Source: Squalus acanthias
Lineage: Eukaryota
NCBI GenBank assembly: GCA_030390025.1
Contig: CM059447.1
Location: forward strand, 2,604,001 to 2,668,000
Reading direction: 5' to 3'
DNA: 64,000 nucleotides
The stretch's first letter is position 1; each line of letters starts with the position of its first letter. The position numbers were made by a program, and so were the translations under genes. The notes beneath the pieces were generated by a model. It saw nothing but the letters and a program-made list of their open reading frames with translations, did not search any database and had not been told where the DNA came from. Below are positions 41,529-55,126 of this stretch, piece by piece.

Positions 41529-42002
41529 TCCCTAGTTGCCCTCGAAAACAAAACAAAAAACAAACTTTTAATCATGGAAATTCATCACAAATATGCATTT
41601 TTACCTATTTCATACCGGTCTTTAAATCGGTGTATGTGGAACTCACTGTTGGGTTGATTTACTAAAATCTGTAACAGTGCTCCAGTTAAAAAAATTTGGA
41701 GGTTTGGGGATGTGGGAGCAGCCAATTCTTCCAACCCAAGTACTACACTTGGGATCAAATGAAACCTCTTTACAAAGTAGAAAGGTCAGGCTGCCCACAG
41801 ACACCCGAAGGCTAGGAGTAATAAAAGCATCTAAACTGCAGCTACATCGATTAACGGGCTTACATGGTTGCATCATAATTATTGTCACAGTAAATGGCGC
41901 AAGAATTGGAGATGTGCAACGTTAATTCAGAAAATTAAAAAGGAAAAACCAAAAATGTTGGAAATACACAGTAGATGCATCAGCATCTATAAAGGAAGGC
42001 AG

Positions 42003-42772
42003 ATTATTATCTGAATGGCAATAGATTGGGAGAAGGGGAAGTGCAACGAGACCTGGGTGTCCTTGTGTACCAGTCGCTGAAGATAAGCATGCAGATGCAG
42101 CAGGCGGTTAAGAAGGCAAATGGTATGCTGGCCTTCGTAGCGAGAGGGTTTGAGTACAGGAACAAGGATGTCTTGCTGCAGTTGTACAGGGTCTTGGTGA
42201 GACCACCTTGAGTATTGTGTGCAGTTTTGGTCGCCTTATCTGAGGAAGGAGGTTCTTGCCATGGAAGGAGTTCAGCGAAGATTCACCTGGCTGATACCTG
42301 GGATGGCAGGAATGACATATGAGGAGAGATTGGGTCGATTGGGCTTATACTCGCTGGAGTTTAGAAGAATGAGAGGGGATCTCATTGAAACTTATAAAAT
42401 TCTGACAGGACTAGACAGACTAGATGCAGGAAGGATGTTCCCGATGGTCGGGGAGTCCAGAACCAGAAGTCACAGTCTAAGGATAAGGGGTAAGCCATTT
42501 AGGACAGAAATGAGGAGGAATTTCTTCATCCAGACGGTGGTGTACCTGTGGAATTCTCTACCACAGAAGGCAGTAGAGGCCAATTCATTAAATATATTCA
42601 AGAAGGAGTTAGATATATTTCTTAAGGCTAAAGGGATCAAGGGATATGGGGAGAAAGCAGGGACAGGGTTCTGAATTTGGATGATCAGCCATGATCGCAT
42701 TGAATGGCGGAGCAGGCTAGAGGGGCCGAATGGCCGACTCCTGCTCCTATCTTCTATGTTTCTATGTTTCTA
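42003..42772 (+). mobile_element. CR1 LINE 3' fragment (second subfamily)
   Basis: QRDLGVLV...LGLYSLEFRRMRGDLIETYKIL; tail (ttctatgt)n. Confidence 0.92.
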
Positions 42773-43514
42773 AGAGAAAAGAGAGGCTATGATAAATCGA
42801 ATGTGCATTCTTCAAAGTGAATTCTGAACATTGGAAGGATTGAAGATCCACTGCAGACATTTCTGTTTTCATATCAGTTTAAGTTACTCTGCCCTATTGT
42901 TTGTCACACTGAGAAATTAAAATTGCAACCAAGCTTCTCAGTATATTCCAAACCAAATTACTGTTGTACAAGGAAAATTCTTGTGACCAAAATGAAGAAT
43001 TTAGCACAAAACCCCACCATTCAGAGACATTGCAGATATATAAAAAGTGTCCTCCTGGCTCTGCTCTGTATGTGAACATTGCAGGAAAACATCACCATTT
43101 GGGCACCTGTCAAAGAAAACAGCTTGTAACAGATGACTCCTCTATAGACAGGTTATCATCCGCATCCCAGTCATGACTCTTCTCCTGAGATTTCATTTTC
43201 AGACGTGATTCAGACCATTAGGTAATCCATGAATCGTATAAATAAAGCTAGTGCATTTTTTTTTAAATAGATGAAGTTTTAATAAGAGCCGTACCAGAGT
43301 TGGAATTTACATTCATACCAACAGAACTTCGACAATATCCACGTTAATACTGATTAAGTTGATGTATGTTACAAGTAAACAAATTTACATATTTAATAAC
43401 ACTCAAGTTTGGTATTTGTCTTTGTAAAATTCAAGTCAATCGTCCACCTCAATTGGACAACAGTCGTGAATCGCATCCATCAAAAAATAAACCAACTACA
43501 TCCAGTTTATCCCA

Positions 43515-43820
43515 GAATTTTACAGCACAGGAGGCGGCCATTCAGCCATCAACTCTGCATTGACTCAGTCCATTTAGTTCCAATTCTCTGCCTTTTCCCC
43601 CATACCAATGTTCCCGCTTTTTTTTTTTTTCGGTGCACGGGCCCTTTAACTGGCTGTGCAGCCCATTCATATTTTCGTGTGTGTGTGGTTTTTCCCCATA
43701 TAAAAGCCGGTGAGTAGCCTGGGCGGGACCTCCGCACAGCTTAATGGAACATTGCCCATACCCTTTAAATTTTTTCTGTTTCAAATATTTCTCCACTTCC
43801 ATTTTAAAAGCTATTGTAGA
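43515..43820 (-). mobile_element. Degenerate CR1 3' tail interrupted by a hAT MITE
   Basis: agaattttacagcacaggaggcggccattcagcc...ccttttccccatac [MITE] cctttaaatttt...tcaaatatttctcc. Confidence 0.65.
43606..43754 (-). mobile_element. hAT-type MITE, copy 2 (opposite orientation)
   Basis: TIRs caatgttcc...ggaacattg; cccatac duplicated on both flanks. Confidence 0.72.
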
Positions 43821-43831
43821 TTATGAGAACA

Positions 43832-44772
43832 AACACACGAACATACGAATTAGGAGCAGGAGTAGGCCATTCGGCCCCTCGAGCCTGCTCCGCCATTCAA
43901 TAAGATCATGGCTGATCTGATTACTCCACATTCCCGCCTACTCCCGATAACTTTTCACCCCCTTGCTTATCAAGAATCTATCTACCTCTGCCTTAAAAAT
44001 ATTCAAAGACCACCCTCTGAGGAAGAGAGTTCCAAAGACTCACGACCCTCTGTGAGAAAAAATTTCTCCTCATCTCTGTCTTAAATGGGCGACCCCTTAT
44101 TTTCAAACAGTGACCCCTAGTTCTAGATTCTCTCACAAGAGGAAACATCCTCTCCACATCCACCCTGTCCAGACCCCTCAGGATCTTATATGTTTCAATC
44201 AGGTCACCTCTTACTCTTCTAAACTCCAGCAGATACAAGCCTAGCCTGTCCAACCTTTCCTCATAAGACAACCCGCCCATTCCAGGTATTAGTCTAGTAA
44301 ACCTTCTCTGAACTACATCCTTCTTTAAATGAGACCAATACTGTACACAGTACTCCAGATGTGGTCTCACCAATGCCCTGTATAACTGAAGCATAACCTC
44401 CCTACTTTTATATTCAATTCCCCTTGCAAAAAACGATAACATTCTATTAGCTTTCCTAATTACTTGCTGTACCTGCATAGTAACCTTTTGCGATTCATGC
44501 ACTAGGACACCAAGATCCCTCTGCATCTCAGAGCTCTGCAATCGCTCACCGTTTAGATGATATGCTTCTTTTTTATTCTTCCTGCCAAAATGGACAACTT
44601 CACATTTTTCCACATTATATTCCATTTGTCAGATCTTTGCCCACTCACTTAACCTATCTATATCCCCTTGTAGCCTTATGTCCTCTTCACAATTTACTTT
44701 CCGACCTATCTTTGTGTCATCAGCAAATTTAGCAACCATACCTTCGGTCCCTTCATCCAAGTCATTTATATA
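43832..44772 (-). mobile_element. CR1 LINE RT C-terminal fragment
   Basis: ORF 43993-44625(-) 210 aa, YNVEKCEVVHFG...LYRALVRPHLEYCVQYW; upstream KFADDTKIG; 3' UTR at 43832-43990. Confidence 0.93.
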
Positions 44773-45614
44773 ATACATAGAATATATACATTGTCACATA
44801 GAGGCACCACCTTGATCAACAAAACATTGGAAAATTACTGAGATACACTGTAAATGCCTGGTCAGACTTGATGCCACAAACCGGCAGTACTGCACTGAAT
44901 TCTGAGGATTCAAACTTCCTACATTACAACTAATGGACGACTCCAGGGACAACAGGAGATTGCAATCTGCTGCTTTATCCTGGGGCAAACACGGACAAGC
45001 AGCCCGCCAACTGGCAAGTTTCAGCAACAAGCCTGCCCAAACCACGGCAAAGGTAGCTGTGGATTCAAGGCGTGCTCGTTGTTAGAATTTGCTAGCAAGC
45101 AGCCTGCTTGCATGTATTTGCAGCCAATTAAAAACAGCGGATTCAAATTTCCCACATTTCATATGACCAATTGCTGATTCAACGGTCTTTAAACGTGGAC
45201 AAGTAGGTTGATCACTTGCAACTTCTGGCAACGTGCCCATCCCCAGCAAGGCAAAAAACTATCTCAGATTAAACAATGGGGTAGCAGTTGCACCTATGCA
45301 GGCAATTGTCCGATGTTTAAGCTGAGTTTTACTTTTCATGGGACAAAATCCACCATTTTGGTAAAGAAGGCAGCAGCCAAACGCAAACATCAAAAATATA
45401 CAAACCAGAACCAAAATCCGAGTTGAATGTCGACCTGTATTGCCCAATTTCATCCTAATGTGCAAATTCTCAACTCTCAAGGGGTGTTGAGGGCAGAGCC
45501 CATTAGGAAACCACAAATATATAACACTGCCCACTGTCTCATTTAAATCTTTTGTTCCTTTGTATATCTATCCCAGTTTTTGTAAAACTTGGTGATCCTG
45601 AATTCCCAATATTA

Positions 45615-45836
<222 letters not shown>

Positions 45837-46394
45837 TCAAATACATTTCATATCAACCTTGTTTCTTTACATTTGATTTTAATAGTTACATCATCAATTT
45901 TTCTGAATCTTAGAACATAATGCAAAGCAAAAAAAAAATACACTTCAATAGAGTAGCCAAGCAACCATAACACAAAAGCACTGGACTCTTAACTAGAACT
46001 TATACAATCAAGTCCCAGTCCAGTGGTAGATTGGCGTAGGGGACTGCACGTTCAGGAATTAAATTCACCCACATAAATTTCAGATTTTGATCACACCATC
46101 CAGGTGAAGGTGGTGTATCCCACTAGGAGAAACAGATAAATCAACAACTAAGCCATAGGATTGGGCTGTTGAGCATCTTTGAGCAACAGTAGCACTGGCA
46201 GAAGCCTGGAATCCAGGTGTCTGAATGGGAATGGTGCGTGACACAGCAATATGTACAAATAAGCAGGAGGGGGGGGGGGGGGGGGGGAGGTGAAGAGGTG
46301 GACACTTTGGATGGGGAAATTCCCCCCCCCCCGCCCTCCTTTTATTCACTCCTCTCCTGAAGGCTAGAGTACAGTTCTACTGACACAGCAGTCC

Positions 46395-46705
46395 TCTGGT
46401 ACCTTGCCTACTACAGCAAGTACTGGCATACTAATCAAAGAAAACCAAACCTGTTCCCTTTCAATGTCCAAACATGTATGTTTTAGCAGAGGAATCTGGT
46501 TCGGGATCAGGAACAGTAATTGTGGTTGATTCGCACCCCCCGCCCCCCCCCACACCCACCCTGTTGCAGAGACCCTCCTGTTGACCGAGCTGGAATCAGC
46601 TCACTCAGCACAAAGCAGGGGACGAAAGCGAGGACCTTCCCAATTTGTATGGTTCAGCACGAATACAGGCAATCTATTTTAACCACGGAGTCATCAGGGA
46701 AGCTT
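46395..46705 (-). mobile_element. Old tRNA-derived SINE-like repeat
   Basis: gagctggaatcagctcactcagcacaaagcagggg...gaggaccttccc...ttaaccacggagtcatcaggg; antisense tRNA-like head shared with the 54480 and 59390 copies. Confidence 0.5.
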
Positions 46706-47863
46706 TGAAAATATCAGATATTTATTATAAAAGATTTCAAGGATCAGTCAGTGGTACGGATTTCTGGCCAAGTCCCTGGAACAAGCCAGTAACTTCACTC
46801 TTGCTGATTTAAAGGTTATCTGACCCCCTGTATGTTATTATTTTGAATTGCACTCCTAGGTTTCAGTTATCTAAAAAAAAAATTTATGTTCAAAGAGATC
46901 AACATCAAAATCTATCACTAACGAGCTGAACATGGAAAATACAACAAAGTGCTTTAAATCATTTAAATAAGGAGACAGAAATATATTTAAAAAAGCTTGA
47001 GCACCACTAAAAGGATTACCATGAAAAGAGAAAAATGGAAAAATAAATTGCAATAACCAAAAAGGAAAATAATAAGATTCTTCAGATACAACTGTAGCAG
47101 ATGGAGCATTACATCTGACAGAAAGGATATGGCAGCTGAACATTTAAATATCTTCAACATTCGCATTAAAAACTGTAGCACTGTAATAAGTTGTACGGTG
47201 ATTTTTACAGTGGTTAGCAGAGAAGTGGTCGTGAAGAAACTTGAGGAACTGATTTACAAAGTAATTGGCCCTGATGGCACACACCTGGGAGTACTTAAGG
47301 AATTGAAGTGCTCTAGCTGAAATGTTGCCCGAGAGAAAAATTAAAAAATAACTTTACATAAATTGAATTAAGAAACAAAAGTGGGCTATGCACTTGGGAA
47401 TTACGCCTGATCTGTTTAACAGGCAACATGCAAAACTGAAAAGCAATTCAGGACTATTTATTCTGACCAAACACAGTAAGAATGAGCCATGGGTTCACAA
47501 AAGGAAGGTGACTCTGGACAAACATTTCAGAATTTTTGATGAGATCAAATTAAACATTACTATTTATTAAATCGCTGGACTTTCAGAAAGTCCCTTAATT
47601 AAAGACTTCTAGCAACGGTGAAGACTCATGCTATCAGGTGAGACACAGTATAATGGATGAATAATAAAACCAAAGAGCAGTCAGAAAATGGACGAATTCA
47701 ATCTGTGACTAGTATGTGCCAAAGGGAGACCAGCATCTGCATCGGTTATTCACAATATTAAATGAACATGAAGATGTTGTATTGGTTTGTTAATAACTCA
47801 AGGTGTGAGGAGAGTAATACAAGAGGTTAAGCCCTTCGCAGCTGTTGACCATGGCTTTAGGAT

Positions 47864-48029
47864 CAATGCTCCCGCTAAGCTGCGTGGCCACGCAGGCATC
47901 GGCACAGTCCCGCGCAGGCCGCTCACCGGCTTTTACATTGTAGGTACCGCGCATGCGCAAAAATTTAAATGGCCACGCATTGTGGGTGGCAGGCCAACGC
48001 AGGAGGCAATGCGGCTTAGGGGGACATTG
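47864..48029 (+). mobile_element. hAT-type MITE, copy 3, with perfect 8-bp TSD tttaggat (47856-47863 / 48030-48037)
   Basis: TIRs caatgctcccgctaagc...gcttagggggacattg; an 8-bp TSD is characteristic of hAT elements. Confidence 0.88.
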
Positions 48030-48468
48030 TTTAGGATGACTGAAGAATTTTTTTTTTTTTTTTTTTTTTTTAAGAAGTACATCAGCATAAGACTTTTTTG
48101 GGCAGGAAAAGGCCATGAATTTTATTTTTTTAAATATATATTAGTAAGCACAAAAAGGTTTTAAAACTTGTTTCTTCGCTCATTTCCCAGCCATCGAATT
48201 ACAAAGAACAGACGGAAAACCCAAACCCAAGCTTCTGACATATTGGCTCTGTAATTAGTTGCTTTTTACGGTGAGCTACAGGTACTTTTTAAGTTTGTTT
48301 TCTCTCTTTTTCGGGGAGGGGGTGGGAAGGGAAGAGATATCTCGTTGCACACCAGTTTGCAATGCATTATTCTGGAACTTCTTGTGCAAGGTATCAAAAA
48401 CCTGCAGCCAGTAATTCCCTGGCACAGTATATTACTACACCAATGAGCTGAGATGCACCACCAGATCA

Positions 48469-48693
<225 letters not shown>

Positions 48694-48927
48694 TCAAATG
48701 TTTGAATGAAGGTTATGGCATGCGTCATGACTTACTCACACAAAGCTTAAAATCAATTGCCAAAATATGCATTCTACACTTTCCCAAGTCAATGAAGATT
48801 AAATATGAGCAAGATTTCAAGCTTCCCAAAAGTGAAGCAGCAGTCCTTTGATTGAGTTCTTTCAATACTTCTGCAGCTACTTTTGGCACACAACTCCTCA
48901 CAAAAAGCCCTGAAGCATACTTCGCAC

Positions 48928-49645
48928 CGTCCTTTGACATTCAACAGCATTACCATTGCTGAATCCCCCACCAACACCCTCCTAGGGGTCACCGTTGACC
49001 AGAAACTGAACTGGACCAGCCACATAAATACCGTGGCTACAAGAGCAGGTCAGAGGCTGGGTATTCTGCGGCAAGTGTCTCACCTCCTGACTCCCCAAAG
49101 CCTTTCCACCATCAACAAGGCACAAGTCAGGAGTGTGATGGAATACTCTCCACTTGCCTGGATGAGTGCAGCTCCAACAACATTCAAGAAGCTCGACACC
49201 ATCCAGGACAAAGCAGCCCGCTTGATTGGCACCCCATTTACCACCTTAAACATTCACTCCCTCCACCACTGGCGCACGTGGCTGCAGTGTGTACCATCCA
49301 GAAGATGCAGTGCAGCAACTCTCCAAGGCTTCTTCAAGAGCACCTCCCAAACCCACGACCTCTACCACCTAGAAGCACAAGAGCAGCAGGCACATGGGAA
49401 CACCTTCACCTGCTTCCCCTCCAAGTCACACACCATCCTGAGTTAGAAGTATATCGCCGTTCCTTCATCGTCGCTGGGTCAAAATCCTGGCACTCCCTCC
49501 CTAACAGCACTGTGGGAGCACCTTCACCACACGGACTGCAGCGGTTCAAGAAGGTGGCTCACCACCACCTTCTCAAGGGCAATTAGGGATGGGCAATAAA
49601 TGCTGGCCTTGCCAGCGACGACGCCCACATCCCAGGGGAAAAAAA
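48928..49645 (+). mobile_element. CR1-group LINE 3' fragment (same family as 7449-8832)
   Basis: LLGVTVDQKLNWTSHI...ATRAGQRLGILR...KAQVRSVMEYSPLAW; 3' tail with an A-rich end. Confidence 0.9.
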
Positions 49646-50389
49646 CTCCAACGATGCATCTGAAAACCTGCCTGCTCTTAGGTGTGCCGTCTCTCACAAT
49701 GTCAAGCAGCAATAACCACAGAAACTGAACAAAAAAAACCTCACCTTCAGAGGTGCAACCTCACTTTAAACAGATGCCGTGTCTGCCAGAAATCCTGCCT
49801 TCCTAATAGGCGAGCTGCCCATCAGTGCTGGAAATCGCGTGGGCAGCTCGCCGAAGATTCAAATGAGGCCCAACCATCAAAATGGTTTGGGGCCCCTCGC
49901 TGAATCCACTGGGCCTTTTCAGCCCACCCATTGGACACTAGCAGTGAAAATCAAACCCAGTGCGTGCACTCAATCTATTTCTTGCTTTTGAGACCCCCCG
50001 CCATCTTTATACTCACAAGAACGCTGCAAACAGAAAGCTGGGTTTGGATAGTGCCTGATGTGCAAATTATTTAGCATTGCAAAACGTGAGCCAAGTCACC
50101 CAATTTTTTTTTTTTTTTTTTTTTTAAAAAGACTAGTTGATCTCCCGTGACATTACACATGGGGAATCAAGACCAAGAATCAGCTTCAGATGGAACATGG
50201 CAAGAGAACCAGGGCAAACAGATTTGAATTCATGCATCGTGTCCTTATGTTTATATAATACTTCAATAGGTAGATGATCTGGCCTCTTCATGCAACAGTA
50301 AGAATAATTTATAGGAGTGGCTCCTTTACCAGTTACTGGAAAACACTGAATAATGAGCTACCTCTTGATCAAAAAACCTTTCGTTCATA

Positions 50390-50562
50390 ATGCATTTAAG
50401 GGGAAGCTAAATAAGCATATGAGGGAGAAGGGAATAGAGGGTTACACTGACAGAGTTAGAGGAGGAAAGACGGGAGGAGGCTCGAGTGGAGCATAAACGC
50501 CGGCATGGATTGGTTGGGCCAAATGGCCTGTTTCTGTGCCGAATATTCTGTGTAATTCTATG
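50390..50562 (+). mobile_element. CR1 LINE 3' tail
   Basis: gcatttaaggggaagctaaataagcatatgagg...ggccaaatggcctgtttctgtgccg...tgtaattctatg. Confidence 0.75.
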
Positions 50563-51574
50563 ACAGTATTAACATCGGATTGTCGGATGCAGCTTGGAGT
50601 ACTATAAACCAAAACCAGGGAATAAGTTAGCAAACTAAAACACAGTTCACACAGATGAGGAAAGGGATAGAATAAAATTCTGCAGCTTTCTTATTGAGAA
50701 CAGATGAATTTCTCAATGGCTGTCTTGGCAGTTGTAACATTTGGACACGCAAGCCTTCAAGTTGTACTTTCGCTGCATTTATTCTAGCCTGCAGCAAAGC
50801 CATCTGTTGGTGCTCAAAAACTGTCTCACTTCCAGCTGCATTTCAAAATCAGTGTTTTTTGAGCATGTCAAATAGTGACACACTAAAAATATGATGTTCG
50901 GCATGTTAAATAAGCAATATACATTTTAAAATGTGTAAAATTTATTCTACCAACCGCTTGCAGAATTTTTTTTAATGAAGTGTCTTAAACGCCTAAAATT
51001 CATCCAACACTGTCCGATTCCTGTTTGGGTCAGCTGAAGTGACAGATGCGTTGGTAAACTCATCAATGCTGTCAATTCACCTCACGTTGCCTGCGAAATG
51101 GTGTCAGGCAGGAATTCACAGCTGCAGCTGGCTCAGCCCAGCCCAGCCCTAATCTGAAACAGCAGCTTGGCTGGTATCGTGGTGCCTGAAAATGCATTCA
51201 TCTGTAGAGTTCTTTGTTCTAAGTTTTCTAAATATATTGGGAATTTTTCAGTTCGATTTGAAAGCGTTAAATGTAGGTGAAACCAGAGGGGATGGATGAC
51301 GTGACATTTTCCAAGTGAAAATTCAACATTGCAAAAAAACTGCTACACACCTCTTGGGAAAAAATAAGCGATTAAGAGGCTGATCATATTTCAAATATTA
51401 AATAGTAACCTAAAAATAAATTTTTAAATCCCTAATGATAAATGGTGGATTTGAATGCAGGTAATTGTGGTCAAGAGTTACAGTATATTAATTTGATACC
51501 CCACAGACGGTGGCATCTGCAACCTTCATTGGCTGCATTCTAAAACAAAAGTAATGCAGATAATCATTTGCCAT

Positions 51575-52140
51575 GTGCTCTTTGCCGACGACTGCGCACG
51601 AGTCACCCACACTCTCAAGGGCATTCAGTTGCTATCCCACTAGTTTGCTCGGGCAGCTCAGCATTTTGGCCTTAAATCAACTTCAAAAAGACTGAAGTTA
51701 TGGTCCAGCCCAAACAGGACCATCCAGTCACACCCTCTGGATACGATCAATAACGTACCACTTAAGGTCACAGACAAATCCTGCTACCTCGGTAGTGTGC
51801 TTCTGCAGAACCTCTCTCTAGTCCTCGCCACCCAACTATTTCATTTGGATCAGCTACTGCTGTCACATCAAGTGACTTGACCATTTCCACGTGCGCTGTC
51901 TACAATGCATCATTGGCACCACGTGGCAGGACAGGTGTGCAACATCATGTGCTACAATATAACTGGAATTGGGCCCATGATCAAAAGGGTCTAGTTGCCT
52001 TGGTCTGGGCGTGCCGCCTGCATGCCTGATTGCAAAATTTCCAAAGCTGTCTTCGAGTGAGCTGCAGCCGGATATCGGAGCAGAGGTCAGTCTGAATGAA
52101 TTTGTGGACACGGGATCTGGCAACTCATCGATCTGCCTCA
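51575..52140 (+). mobile_element. Ancient degenerate RTE-clade RT fragment
   Basis: LFADDCA motif at ~51578; FGL.IN.KKTEVMVQP, CYLGS and R.LPKLSSSEL remnants; many frameshifts. Confidence 0.65.
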
Positions 52141-52141
52141 A

Positions 52142-52697
52142 GGCACAGAAGGCGGCCATTCGGCCCATCGAGTCCGTGCTGGCTCTCTGTAGAGCAATCC
52201 AGTCAGTCCCATTCCCCCGCTCTATCCCCGTAGCCCTGTAAGTTTATTTCCAAGTGCCTATCCAGTCTCCCCTTGAAAACATTGAGTGTCTCCGCTTCCA
52301 CCACTTCCGTCGGCAGCGAATTCCAGGTCCTCACCACTCGCTGCGTAAAAAAGTTTTTCCTCACATACCCCCTGAATCTCTTGCCCAAAACCTTAAATCT
52401 GTGTCCCCTAGTCCTTGTACCATCAACTAGTGGGAACAGCCTTTCCCCGTCTAGCCTATCCAAACCCGTCATAATCTTGTACACCTCTATCAAATCACCC
52501 CTCAACCTCCTTTGCTCTAATGAAAACAAATCCAGCTTCTCCAACCTGTCCTTGTAGCTAAGATCCCCAATCCCCAGAACCATTCTGGTAAATCTCCTCT
52601 GCACCCTCTCAAGGGCCTGCACATCCTTCCTAAAGTGTGGTGACCAGAACTGGACGCCATACTCCAGTTGTGGCCTAACCAGCGCTTTATAAAGATT
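52142..52697 (-). mobile_element. Young CR1 3' fragment (same subfamily as 39881-41528)
   Basis: ORF 52203-52736(-) closely matches the C-terminus of ORF 40765-41475(+). Confidence 0.92.
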
Positions 52698-52701
52698 CTC
52701 A

Positions 52702-52741
52702 TTGTTGTGGGTGTGCTGTCTCATCAGCACACCCACAACAA
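52702..52741. repeat. Perfect 17-bp inverted repeat with 6-nt loop
   Basis: ttgttgtgggtgtgctg-tctcat-cagcacacccacaacaa. Confidence 0.92.
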
Positions 52742-53547
52742 CCGAGACTCATCCATCGATTCGACGGGAGGCTCCATCATTTTGAGCTGGTACGGCAGAT
52801 CACCGGGACAGTGCACACAGTTGAGATGCAAAGGTTAGACAGATAGCAAAGGCAAGATACAAAGAAACAACTGGGAAAAGCATAGAGAAACCAGGCAAAA
52901 GAGGGAAGATTACAGACAGACTAGAAATTTCTGCATGAAAAATAAAAACTGGACTAGTGGCCATCATACAGGCAAAAGATGTAAATAAAAATATTGTAAT
53001 CACTTGTACGATATATCTTTTAGTAAGGACACATGGGAGAATGGTACAGATGACACCAGGTGATATCTCCCCATACAACCAACAGGCACACAGAGCCTAA
53101 TCTCATGGCAATCTCAAAAATCACGAACCGTGTCCACGGTCCCACACTACTCAGTTCAGGTAGTTTCCATCAATTCATCTTTCTCCATCTTCCTTGCCCA
53201 CATTATCCACAACATTAACAATTCAACACCAATAATGCTGAGTGAAGCATTAAAATCTACTTTTAATCATCAGCCAACACCCCCATGTTCCTTCTCCAAA
53301 AATCAAAAATTAATTACAAGTATCGCCTGCATATCATTATGAAATAATTTGTTCTTTTCTCACATGGATATGGGTCTCATCAGAAAATACCTTCGAGTTT
53401 GTTATCATTTGTATTAAGGACCGTTAATATCCTATAACAGAAATGAGCAGAAATACACAACTTTAAAATTGATCTAATTTTTAAGCAGACATTGTAAGGA
53501 GGGAGCATTCATGTGCTGTATAGATCATTAAAGTGAAGACCAACACG

Positions 53548-53795
53548 CCCTGTCTGCCAAAGATCCCATGGCACTATTCAAAGAAAAGCAGAGGAGTTCT
53601 CCCAATGTCATGGCCAACATTTACTCCCAACCAATGCCACCAAAATAGATTAACTGGTCATTTATCTCTGTGCTCTTCATGGGACCTTACTGTGCGTAAA
53701 TTTGTTTGCCTACAAAACAGTCACTATACTTCAAAAAGTAAATAATTAGCTGTAAAGCGCTTTGGGACATAAAAGGCACTATAAAAATGTTGCTT
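53548..53795 (+). mobile_element. Deu-domain SINE 3' half
   Basis: aagatcccatggcactattcaaagaaaagcagaggagttctccc...agctgtaaagcgctttgggac. Confidence 0.72.
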
Positions 53796-54479
53796 CCTTT
53801 TATTAAGGTATTCAAAATCCTTAAAAGGTATTGACAAATTGAACCCTGACAAACTGTTTGCCATGGATCCAAAAACAATGAGTGGGCATGGAATGAAGCT
53901 CAGAAGGAAGATGTACTAACTATTTCACACAGTGGTGAATGTTTGGAATGGGCTGCTCCAAGAGGCAATCAAGGCTGATAACATTAGTAATTTTAAGACG
54001 GAGTTCAGACAGGCATATGGCGAGAAAATTAATTGAGATGTCGAGGTAGTGAATTGTTTATTTTGTTTCTGAAGTCTAGGGCTGGCCAGATGGACCAAAG
54101 TGGTCTCTAGATCCTGTATATTCCGAGGTTGCCATCTAACTGTTACAGTAAGTGTGTTGCCTGTTTGTCTACACTCCCACTCTTTCCACTGCCAAAAAGG
54201 TCTGTATTAAGCTTTGAACAGTCTTCTAAAATGTTATAAATGAATACTTCTTGTTTCTATGTACTTCTGTTTGCCTCCTCACTTATTCTGTATGGCACTC
54301 CAAACGAAGTGTATGCAGAAGCCAAACTTCAACTCCACAAATCCAAATCTTGGTATTCTAAGGGATGTTTTATTCAAACCCAAGAACATGGACTTTTTTT
54401 TAAAAAACCGTAATGTTCTATCCTCCATCCCTCCTTTCCATCTTGGGATACGGTTCCACAGACAATGGGTGCCAAGTGG

Positions 54480-54785
54480 GATTTACGTATGTGTGAAGCT
54501 CGACAGCAAATTGCTCAACCACAAGTGGCACCACAGCTGAGCCCAATCCTGTCCCCACCAAACATCCATAGAGACTCATTTCCGAAACGGGTCACTGGAT
54601 AATGATCAGGAATAGCAATCCTGGCCAATTGTTCCCTCCCCATCACCAGGGCCAGTTATAGCATCCCTTGCACCACCCCAGTTTAAGCCACCTAACTCAA
54701 CACAGAGCAAGGATCAAATGTGGGATGTTCCTAGTTTGTACATATCAGCTACTTGCTGGGGAAGCTCTTCGGGTCACTGGTGCAG
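54480..54785 (-). mobile_element. Old tRNA-derived SINE-like repeat
   Basis: cacagctgagcccaatcctgtcc...gggtcactggataatgatcaggaatagcaatcctggcc...ctaactcaacacagagcaaggatcaaa. Confidence 0.55.
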
Positions 54786-54946
54786 CCTTTATAATATTAG
54801 ACAAGTGAACGTAGTATAAAAATAACACACATTCCATCAATGCCAGTCATTTCTCAAAAAAAAACTTGTCTTTTTGAATAAGAGATTGAACATAAGGCAG
54901 AGTGTCATGTCATTCTGTGCTAAAACAAATGCAGTAGAAAGCTCAC

Positions 54947-55126
54947 CTTGTGTCCTGCTGTTTTAGTATGTGCTTGACTGCCTGAGCCAATGTGAATGTT
55001 TTCCCTGTTCCATAGGGACCGATGATGAGAACAGGCGGAAGCTGGATGGAAAGTGGAGTTGTGATTGCCAGAATAGCCTCCTTCTGTTTCGTATTTAGCC
55101 GGGGATCCAACTGCTCGTCCCATTGT
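54947..55126 (-). CDS. HELZ: HELZ coding exon C, Q-motif and Walker A ([18 protein letters not shown]...GPYGTGKT...QQDTR)
   Basis: Acceptor gagtag|ACAATGG, donor AAG|gtgagc; 180 nt, phase 2 to 2. SF1 P-loop GPYGTGKT. Confidence 0.96.

Noticed and set aside
39881-44772. Intact autonomous CR1 or a domesticated RT gene
   Set aside because: All copies are 5'-truncated with frameshifts and stops.
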